A stretch of DNA of 64,000 nucleotides from Mobula hypostoma (taxonomy: Eukaryota): contig NC_086129.1 in NCBI RefSeq assembly GCF_963921235.1, forward strand, positions 42,098,001-42,162,000, in the 5' to 3' direction. Positions 1-9,379 of the stretch are shown in pieces (position 1 is the stretch's first letter; each line of letters opens with the position of its first letter). The notes under the pieces were generated by a model, which had not been told where the DNA came from, did no database searches, and was given only the letters and a program-made list of their open reading frames with translations. The translations under genes were made by a program, and so were the position numbers.

Positions 1-431
1 ATTGCAGGTATCATCTGGCATTGTGGTGAACTGGCCACTTGTCATGCACTCAAGTAGACTGGCAGACTCCACTGTCTCTCCCCTCCAACCGATTTGCCAC
101 AGACTGATCTGATGGGGGAACAGTTATAATGAGGGGCATTGTTTAATTCCCCTCCCAATGCTCACCTGACGTTGAGCTACTTTTTGGAGCTGGTAATTAG
201 GCTAACCGGAAGTCTGTTCTCTGGATGCCAGTCTAAATGTGTTGGAAGTCTATCCCTGCGTGTGAGTGCGGGTTGGTGGAAGGGAGGGAAAGTGGCTTGC
301 TTTGCTGTTGTTGTTGCTTGTGTTGTTCTGCCGAGCATTGTGGGTGTGCTGTGTTGGTGCAGAATGTGTGACAACACTTGTGGGCTACCCCCAGCACATC
401 CTTGGGTGTATTGGTTATGCTTCAATGTTAG

Positions 432-1100
432 ATTTAGATTTAGGTTATGAGGACACGCAGTCCTCTTTTATTGTCATTTAGTAATGCATGAATTAAGAAA
501 TGAAACAATGTTTTTCCAGAATGATATCACAGAAACACAAGACAAACCGACTGAAAAACGGACAAAAACCACATAATTATAACATATAGTTACAACAGTG
601 CAAAGCAATACCGTAATTCGATAAAGAACAGACCATGGGCACGGTAAAAAAAAGTCTCAAAGTCTCTCGAAAGTCCCATCATCTCACACAGACAGTAGAA
701 GGGAGAAAACTCTCCCTGCCATGAACCTCCAGCGCCGCAAACTTGCTGATGCAGCACCCTGGAAGCACCCGACCACAGCCGACTCTTGAGTCCGTCCGAA
801 AACTTCGAGCCTCCAACCAGCCCTCCGACACCGAGCACCGAGCACCAACTCTGCTGAGCGCTTTGACCCCGGCCCCGGCCACAGGCAATAGGCAAAGCCA
901 AGGATTTGGGGCCTTCCCCTCCGGAGATTCTCGATCGCACAGTAGCAGCGGCAGCAAAGCAGAAGTTTCTCCAGATGTTCCTCTGTGTTTCTCACAGCTG
1001 TCTCCATCAAATCAGGATTGTGCACCGCCCCTAGTTAACACATACGATATCATTCGGAGCGGCCGCGCGCATTGCGTTGCACCGCCATCTTCTCCTCCCC
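432..1100 (-). mobile_element. Non-autonomous LINE-derived element (Rex1/Babar-like tail), inserted in a SINE/LINE tail
   Basis: GC-rich 5' end (AAGATGGCGG), 3' stem-loop GAGGAC-tgcgt-GTCCTC at 449-465, (TCTAAA)n tail, no real ORF. Family assignment is inference. Confidence 0.55.
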
Positions 1101-1519
1101 CTTTCATGTACACGTGATAAATAAATCTGAATCTGAAATATGCAGAGAAGCCTTGAGCTCACGTAAAGCTTACCATCTCCCCACTACCAACACAGTCATA
1201 GATCCGTGTTGCTCCTACCCTGCTCTCTGACCACTGCACCAACCACAGTTTGGACAGCTTGCCACCATTTAAAATTGAGTCTCGAGTGTCCATGAGCTAC
1301 TTCTCTGTGACAAGCAGTAGGATTGGTCTGTAGAATTGTTATTTTTCTTGTAGTTTCACTTTCTTATGCTTGTTTGTATTTTTACGCAATCACCTACAGT
1401 ACATACATTTAATTGTTCAGTAAACACGAGGAATTCAGCAGATGCTGAAAATTCAAGCAACACACATCAAAGTTGCTGGTGAACGCAGCAGGCCAGGTAG
1501 CATCTCTAGGAAGAGGTAT

Positions 1520-1555
1520 AGTCGACGTTTCGGGCCGAGAACCTTCGTCAGGACT
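1520..1555 (-). ncRNA. Minimal type I hammerhead ribozyme motif (Penelope-like)
   Basis: AGTC-CTGACGA-aggttctcggccc-GAAAC-GTC-GACT: intact core, stem I AGTC/GACT, palindromic ACGT stem III. Confidence 0.7.
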
Positions 1556-2311
1556 AACTGAAAGAAGAGTTAGTAAGAGATTTGAAAGTGGGAGGGGGAG
1601 GGGGAGATCCAAAATGATAGGAGAAGACAGGAGGGGGAGGAATGGAGCCAAGAGCTGGACAGGTGATTGGCAAAAGGGATATGAGAGGATCATGGGACAG
1701 GAGGCCCAGGGAGAAAGACAAGGGGGGGGGGAAAACCCAGAGGATGGGCAAGGGGTATAGTGAGAGGGACAGAGGGAGAAAAAGGAGAGAGAGAGAAAGA
1801 ATGTGTGTATATAAATAAATAACGGATGGGGTATGAGGGGGAGGTGGAGCATTAGCGGAAGTGAGAGAAATCAATGTTCATTAGCGGAAGTTAGAGAAGT
1901 TTGGAGGAACAAGAAGCCACACTCAGATTGGAGGAATAACACCTTGTATTCCGTCTGGGTAGCCTCCAACCTGATGGCATGAACATTGACTTCTCTAACT
2001 TCCGCTAAGGCCCAACCTCCCCCTCGTACCCCATCCGTTATTTATTTATTTATATACACACGTTCTTTCTCTCTCTCTCCTTTTTCTCCCTCTGTCCCTC
2101 TGACTATACCCCTTCCCATCCTCTGGGTTTTTCCCCCCCTCCCCCTTTTCCTTCTCCCTGGGCCTCCTGTCTCATGATCCTCTCATATCCTCTTTGCCAA
2201 TCACCTGTCCAGCTCTTGGCTCCATCCCTCCCCCTCCTGTCTTCTCCTATCATTTTGGATCTCCTCCTCCCCCTCCCACTTTCAAATCTCTTACTAGCTC
2301 TTCCTTCAGTT

Positions 2312-2347
2312 AGTCCTGACGAAGGGTCTCGGCCTGAAACGTCAACT
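2312..2347 (+). ncRNA. Minimal type I hammerhead ribozyme motif (Penelope-like)
   Basis: AGTC-CTGACGA-agggtctcggcct-GAAAC-GTC-AACT: intact core, one stem I mismatch. Confidence 0.65.
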
Positions 2348-2685
2348 GTACCTCTTCTTAGAGATGCTGCCTGGCCTGCTGCGTTCACCAGCAACTTTGA
2401 TGTGTGTTGCTTGAATTGTTCAGTGAGTTTTTCGGTGGTTATAGTTGCCTCTGTATTTTTATGGAATCATCTTGGTTTCACATTACATAAATCTGGCTAT
2501 CTGATTGGTTAACATTATCAATGGAATTTACAGTTATCAATTGAACAAAGGTAGTCCAGTATAAGAAGACCAGACCATCTTTGTTCTCTCTCTCTTTTCC
2601 TTAGGCTCTTTCTCTGCATGCTCTTTCTTCATTCTCTCTCTGCATGTTCCTCTCTAGTGTCTTCTTTGTTCTTGTTACACTTTCA

Positions 2686-3700
2686 GATTGGCTGCCGGTG
2701 ACTAGTGGCGCTCTGCAGGGTTCAGTGTTGGGACCACTTCTTCTTACGTTGCATGCCAATGATTTAGATGACAGAATTGATGGCTTTGTGGCCAAGTTTG
2801 CAGAGGATATGAAGATAGTTGGAGGTCCACATAGTGTTGGGGAAGTAGGGAGTCTGCAGAAGGACTTGGACAGATTGGGAGAATGTGCAAAGAAGTGGCA
2901 GATAAATATAATGTAAGGTCATGTATAGTCATGCATAGAAGGAATAAAGGTGTAGACTATTTTCTAATTGGGGAGAAAATTTAAAAAATTAAAGGGACTT
3001 GGGGTCCTCATGCAGGATTCCCTGAAGGTTAACTTGCAGGTTGAGTTGGTGGTGAGGAAGGCAAGTGCAATGTTAGCATTCATTTCAAGAGATATATAAT
3101 ACAAGAACAGGGATGTGATGCTGAGGCTTTATAAGAAAACACTTGGAGTATTGTGAGCAGTTCTGGGCTGCTTATCTAAGTAAAAATATGCCGGCATTGG
3201 AGATGGTCCAGGGGAGGTTCATGAGAATGATTCTGAGAATGAAAAAGTTAATGTACGATGTGAAGAACATTTGATGGCTCTGGGCCTGTACTTGCTGGAG
3301 TTTAGAAGAATGAGAGGGGATCTCATGAAACCTACCAAATATTGAAAGGGCTAGATAGAGTGGATATGCAGAGAATTGTTCCTATTGTGGGTGAGTCTAG
3401 GACCCTGGGGCACAACCTCAGAATAGAGGGACGTCCATTTAGCAGAGATGAGTTGGAATTTTTTTAGGCGGAGGATGGTGAATCTATGGAATTCATTGCC
3501 ACAGACAGCTGTGGAAGCCAAGTCGTTGAGTATATTTAAAGAAGAGTTTGATGGGTTCTTCATTAGTTAGGGAATCAAATGTTACAGGGAGAAGGCAGGA
3601 GGATGGGTATGAGAGGGATAATAAATCAGCCATGATGGAATAGCAGTGAGACTTGATGGGCCAAATGGCTGAATTCTGCTCCTATGTCTTATGGCTGTAT
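2686..3700 (+). mobile_element. CR1 LINE 3' fragment, degenerate
   Basis: VTSGALQGSVLGPLL and AKFAEDMKI are decayed RT motifs; typical CR1 3' UTR and (CTTATG)-like tail. Confidence 0.85.
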
Positions 3701-4101
3701 GGTCTTAATAAAACAGGTTTTATGCCTCATTCTTAACTTCTGAAGAGCCTTTGGATCCAACAAAGCCTTGTTGTGTGATGACCTCCTGCATGCATCCTCT
3801 CTGAAATTTCTGAATTTGGAGGACTGTTTCTATCCCCAGGCCTAATGTAGGAACGTTGGATCAGTTTCAGGAATTTTGGGAATGGTCCCTGTCCACATTA
3901 TTCTACACAACTCATTTTAAACCTTCTCAACAATAGTGCAGGATCAAGCTTATCAACCGGTGCTTTTTGCTCATCTGACCAAATTTTATCTTTGCATTTG
4001 CATTTGCTTTACTCTAGTGGTTGAAGATCATTCATAGTACAACACATCTTTGGTTAGGTATGTTGAGGGAGAAGGTATGCATTTAAACCCAATCTCCTTT
4101 C

Positions 4102-4819
4102 ACTGAAAGGTCTTAGATATGTGTAGCCCCCCTGGCCAGCCTCAGGATCGCTCGGCTCGCTGTCGTCTAGGGAAACAGCCCTCGGCCCCGCCAAACTGGG
4201 TAATTAGTTTGTGTGGATGCTGTGTGAGGTACCCCACCCCGCCCAAATAACAGACAATACACCAGATACGATTAAATGATTTACAGTTTATAGATATTAC
4301 CGGAACTATAAAATTAATAGAGAATAAACTATAAAAGGAAAATAAAAGGCGCCACGCTTATCAAAGTCCATTCTCTTCGTGCACAAACAGTTGGAGCTCA
4401 GGACCCTTCTTCTTCACCCTGTGACCCCTCGGACCACCTCAACTGGCCGCCTGGGACCAACAACGGTGGTCGACCAGACGCTCCACCCGAGTCCGTCTCC
4501 ATCTCCTCTCCTTGCCGAACACCTTGCTCGGGGTCCGACCCCGTTAGCGGACTCACAGCACCTGGTCCATCCTCTGTCTCTCTCTCCCACCCTCTGCCCA
4601 AAAACCCCACGCATACAATATCATCAGATACACAAAAAACATAACAACTATCCCAATTGGTTTGTAACATCTTCTTATCATAGTCTAACCCAAAACATCT
4701 GCTAGCGCAAGAACTTTCTCAGCGTTTAACATCACAAAGAAGCATTCCCAAGTACAACATAACAAAGAAGCCATTTTAATTAGCCTACGCAGTAACATAA
4801 AAGACGAAACCCCCTTACA
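4102..4819 (-). mobile_element. Solo LTR (Gypsy type)
   Basis: TGTA...TACA termini; 4-bp flanks TATG/TACG (CpG-decayed target-site duplication); shares motifs with the LTR at 42.4-43.05 kb. Confidence 0.7.
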
Positions 4820-4968
4820 TACGCTTTGACAAAATCTAGAATCTCATATAAAGCATGGATAGAGAAGAGCAACAAAAATTCAATAGATTGATTCCAAGTA
4901 GGAATGGGTATCCTATGAGGAAACATTGAGTAGAATGGCCCTATCTTCTCCTGACTTCAAATAAGGAG

Positions 4969-5150
4969 CAACACACGCAAAATGCTGGAGGAGCTCAGCA
5001 TGTCAGGCAGTATTTATGGAAAGGAATGAAGAGTCAACATTTCAGGCTGGGAGCCCTTCATCAGGACTGCTGTCTGACCTGCTGAGCTCCTCCAGCATTT
5101 TGTGCATGTTACTCTGGATTTCCAGCATCTGCAGAATTTCTTGTGTTTAG
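4969..5150. mobile_element. Short fold-back Penelope-derived element
   Basis: Inverted arms; degenerate hammerhead at 5032-5068 (minus); 9-bp direct repeat AATAAGGAG at 4960-4968 and 5151-5159. Confidence 0.7.
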
Positions 5151-5469
5151 AATAAGGAGAAATGGCCTCAAATAAAATTTCTTGGAGGGAATAACAATTC
5201 AGATTCTGCCTTCCTTAGCTCAAGTGTGCTCACTAGAGTCCCTAAATGTCTGGACGAGGAGTTCATGCAAAATTTAAGAAACTCCTTTGCTCAGACGAAT
5301 GTTAGTCTTTGGAAGTTTAATCAAATTGTTGGCTGCTAAGGTCAATAAGTTCTTGGGTGCTATGAGATCTGGAGGTAGCTCAAGAAGTAGGTTTTGAGGA
5401 GAAGTTCAGGCATGGTCTTACTGAGTGATGCAGCAGGTTTGAGGAACAGTTTGACCAATTCCCGCAGAT

Positions 5470-6255
5470 AGATTTAAATCTGGAAAAGTATAAAGTGATT
5501 CACTGTGGAAGATTGAACTTGAAGGCAGAGTACAGGATTCTCAGCAGTGTGGAGGAACAAAGGGATCTTGGGATCCACATCCATAGATCCCTCCATGTTG
5601 CCGCACAAGTTGATGGGGTGGTTAAGAAGGCATATGCTGTGTTGGCCTTCATTAGTCAGGGGATTGAGCTTAAGAGCTGAGGTAATGTGGTTAAACCACA
5701 CTTGGAATATTGTGTTCAGTTCTGGTTGCCTCATTACAGGAAGATGTGGAAGGATGTGGAAGGTCGAAAGAGAGCGCAGAGGAGATTTACCAGGATGCTG
5801 CCTGGACTAGAGAGCATGTCTTATGATGATAGGCTGAGTGAGCTAGGGCTTTTCTCTTCGGAGTGAAGGAGGATGAGAAGTGACTTGCTAGAGGTGTATA
5901 AAATGATAAGAAGTATATACACAGTGGGTAGCCAGTCATTTTTCCAAGGTGGAAATTACTAATACAAGGAGGCATAATTTTAAGGTGATTGGAGAAATGT
6001 GTAGAGGGGATGTCAGAAGTACTTTTTTTGTACGTAGAATGTATTGCTTGTGTGGAACACATTGCCGGGGTGGTGGTTGAGGCTGATACATTAGGGACAT
6101 TTAAGAAACTCCTAGATAGTCAAATGGATGATAGGAAAATGGAGGTCTATGTGGGAGGGAAGCGTTAGTTTAATCTTGGAGTATGTTGAAACGTCAGCAC
6201 AACATCAAGGGCTGAAAAGCCTGTACTGTGTTGTAGTGTTCTATGGTCTCTTAAG
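5470..6255 (+). mobile_element. CR1 LINE 3' fragment
   Basis: EEQRDLGIHIHRSL..VVKKAYAVLAFI matches the CR1 ORF2 C-terminal region; 3' UTR present. Confidence 0.85.
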
Positions 6256-6744
6256 TTGTGCATTATGTTTTGATTTAACTGATTCCCAAGAAATAATAAA
6301 CAGTGAGTTCGATGTTGCATCTAGCTAGTTTTTATATTCATTAACATTTATATATTCGTTTCTGGGATGTAGGTGCTGCCGACAAGGCCAGTGGTCATTG
6401 TCAGTTGGTGAGCTACCATCTCTAGGGCAATAACTATATTCCCACATGCCCGCTGTTCCTGCCTTTCTTTGTAATAGAGCTTGCAGGTTTGGGAGTCCTG
6501 TTGGAGAAAGCTCGGTAAATAACCAGAGCACATTTTGTAAATGATAGCAACTACAGTCACTGTGCATTGGAAGTAGATAAGATGAATGTTTAATGGGGTG
6601 GATGGAGTCCTAATCAGGTGGATTGCTTTGGCCCAGGTGGTGTGGAGTTCCTGTGGTGTTGCTGGAGATGCATTGATCCGGGCAAGTGGAGAATGTTCCA
6701 ATACACTTTTCACTTGTGCCATGAAGAGGGTGGAGTACCAGATA

Positions 6745-6985
6745 ATGAGTCACTCATGACAACTTTTTCAGAGATTGTCCACTTAGCGTCAATGGTCGCG
6801 TAACCAGGACTTGTGATATGCACCAACTGCTCATACGATCACCCGTCATCTTCTCCCGTGGTTTCACGTGAGGGGGTGGGAAACTAAGCAGGTGCTCCAC
6901 TTTGCCCAAGGTTGACCTGCAGGCTAGCAGAGGAAAGGGAGCACCTACACCTCCTTTGGTAGACATGTACTCCACCATGCCACCG
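6745..6985 (-). mobile_element. RTE-type 5' UTR-derived SINE fragment
   Basis: Resembles RTE-derived short repeats I recall from shark/ray genomes; recognised by eye only. Confidence 0.4.
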
Positions 6986-7533
6986 AATGAATCATATGGA
7001 GGAGTATCAAAATACATATTTTAAGCAAAATATTAGTAATAATAATTTATTTAAAATGGCATTGTGGAAGAACATAGATTTTTGCTGGAAAGTATTATGA
7101 GCAAGTTTGCAAGAGATTTCTTGATGTCTATCAAGTATATTTTTACTAATAGATTCTGAAAATTAGTTAATAGCATTTCCTTTCCTGCTTCAGGTAATGA
7201 AACAAGATTTTTCTTTCTTATTCTATGCAATAAACAGATGTCAACAGACTGAGCAGATTTAATCTTCACTGGTCATCAGCAGAGTTCTTAGAGTAAATAA
7301 CAGAAATGAAAAATATTCAAGAAAAGATTGAACTAGATAACAGTCTCACTGCTTTATCAAGTTTATTTGAAAGAGCATTTAGGGTGAATAAAAATAAGTG
7401 TTTATTCAGAATGTCCATCCTAAATTTAATAATGCTGCAATCCATCCAGAACATAAAGAATGATGTCTTTGAATTTGGTATTAAAACATATTAAAGGAAA
7501 AGACACTGTTGCTGCCTCGTATTATTAAATTAT

Positions 7534-8093
7534 TGTTCGTCCATCGTACGTCGATGAGGACCTCGACACCATTATGATGGTGTCGAGACTAGCGCGTGAT
7601 TTGGATTTAAGTGAGGGAGAGTTGCGCAGCGTCAGCCTCACTCTCTCTTCCCAATTCCCATCTGGATCCAGTGGCAAGACAGAGTCTAGACGGCTGGAGA
7701 TGGGACTAGGCGTGGTGGATGACCAGGATGTCTTCTGTGTCTTGTCCTGCTCTACATGTTCCTCGACGCTTGCAGAGACTGCCTTCTTGACCGTTGGACC
7801 TTCCATTGGTCTCGTCCGCTCAATCCGCCGGAGTCTGTCTTCACATGCTGGGATAGACAACTCCCTATCTCACCGAGGGTTTGAGACCCGTCGGCTACCC
7901 ACACCTGGTTTAGCCGGCTTGTCGAAGCCGTTGCCCGGGGTGTGGCCGCTGTCGCATGTAAACAGCTACGGGGAGCCATAGGTGAGAGCTGAGTGCCAGG
8001 TGGGGACCAAAGGTGGACTAACCGCCCTGAAAAGGACGCAACATGTTCCCCCACCAGAGGTGCTACCACCCCCTGACACCCCATACACCCCAT
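7534..8093 (-). mobile_element. Complete non-autonomous retroelement (RTE-derived SINE-like), 560 bp
   Basis: Perfect 14-bp target-site duplication TATTATTAAATTAT at 7520-7533 and 8094-8107; no ORF; 11-bp 3' hairpin at 7562-7587; HDV-like fold at the 5' end. Confidence 0.8.
7902..8091 (-). ncRNA. Candidate HDV-like self-cleaving ribozyme
   Basis: P1 GGGGTGT/ACACCCC, P3 GGC/GCC, L3 TCCCCGT, P1.1 CC/GG, GGGCAAC junction, P4 CGGCTT/AAGCCG, J4/2 GCTAA with C at 7913, P2 CACCT/AGGTG. Folded by eye. Confidence 0.7.
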
Positions 8094-8227
8094 TATTATT
8101 AAATTATAAACACACATTCAAGTCAGACCCCTCTGAGCTTTCCATCTCTTTCGCTAATTTATATTGCTTTAACTCAGTAGAATCCCAGGATGTTCCAGAA
8201 CTCAGGAGGAGGGATCCTGACATACAG

Positions 8228-8480
8228 TAACTCCACCAAAGTCAGTCTCAAGCTCGGCTGTGAAAGGAGGAGGGGTTGGGCATGGGGTAGCAACCCCATC
8301 CCATAAAATCCCAGTACCACAGAAATGCCAACGGAAGCTCCAAAGGCTTCATCCCTGGGAGAGGAAGGAGAAGATGGGTTACATCTGGTGACAACCTGAC
8401 AGACTGACTCAGGATAGAGGACTCTGGTGAGCTGCTGTTGGCGGCCTATGCCCTGGTAGAGGTGATGGGCTGAAGTAAAT
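8228..8480 (+). mobile_element. RTE-derived short element (copy 1 of 3; others at 28128-28385 and 36480-36980)
   Basis: Shared motifs GAAAGGAGGAGGG(G)TTGGGCATG-G-TAGCAA-CCCATCC and AGGACTCTGG-GAGCTG; GATGGGCT(T/G)AAG tail. Confidence 0.65.
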
Positions 8481-8977
8481 AATCCTGATTTACCTTGTTC
8501 CTTTACAAAAGAAATTTGATTCACTGAACCACTTTTGCTGAAGACTTTCAGTCCAGTTTATTGAAGCAGTTTTAGGAATGTATACTAGTACAATCACACA
8601 CTCGCACTGTTGTGCATGGGCGCAATAGTACACCGACCGAATGGTGTAGGAAAAGCAGGAAACGCAGTAAACGCTCAGCAGCTCAGGCAGCACCTGGGAC
8701 AGAAAATCCATTTCAATTGGACGCAAAGAGCACCTAATAAGAGTGGTTAACTCTGCTCCTCCTTCCTCTACAGCAGTTTGATTTGATGAATGATTCCAGC
8801 ATTTTCTGGTCTTATTTAAGATTTCAAGCAGCTGCATTTTAAAAAAATCTGCCTCAATAATACATATGCTTAACAGTACATCTGTACTACAGAGCATTAA
8901 CGTGGTGATATGCTTGCCCATCATCCTCTCGTACTAAAGTAGAGAAATGAATGGTGCATTAATCCAGTTATACACTA

Positions 8978-9280
8978 AAGATTAGCTTTATTTGTCATAT
9001 GTACACTGAAACATACAGTGGAATACACCATTTTGCGTCAACAACCAGCATAGGCTTGTGCTGGGGGCAGCCCACAATGTTTATAGCACTTCCGGTGGCA
9101 ACATAGCGTGCCCACAATTCACTACCCTTAACCATACATCTTTCAAAAGCGGGAGGAAACTCACGCAGTCACGTGGAGAAGTTGGAAACTCCTCACCGAC
9201 AGCAGTGGGAATTGAACCCTGATCGGTGATCGCTGGCGCTATAAAGCAATTGTGCCAACCGCAATGCTACTGTACCACCC
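8978..9280 (-). mobile_element. tRNA-derived SINE (V-SINE/HE1-like)
   Basis: tRNA-like head and shared central domain. The family recurs at about 13150-13485, 17895-18180, 24610-24940, 26758-27060, 27445-27735, 28400-28675, 29290-29750, 36000-36330, 49440-49860, 58730-59300. Confidence 0.7.
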
Positions 9281-9379
9281 CAGGATGCATTAGTCACATA
9301 TCAGGCCAATTGTGAGATAATACACATATTGGTCAATTAAAAGACACAAACCCAGTCCAAGATTCAGTTCCAGCTGAGG

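Larger units (their letters stand above)
1426..2417. mobile_element. Penelope-like element 3' fragment arranged as two inverted copies
   Basis: About 1456-1879 is the reverse complement of about 1980-2417. 1930-2007 encodes a GIY-YIG-type C-terminus (LEE*HLVFRLGSLQPDGMNIDFSNFR*). Each arm carries a hammerhead motif. Confidence 0.8.

Noticed and set aside
6880-6985. Second HDV-like candidate (minus strand: GGTGGC...GTCAACC-TT-GGGCAA-hairpin-GC)
   Set aside because: It has a GGGCAA junction and a P4-like hairpin, but I could not place a canonical P3/L3 or J4/2, and P1 is broken in this copy. Worth retesting only on a family consensus.
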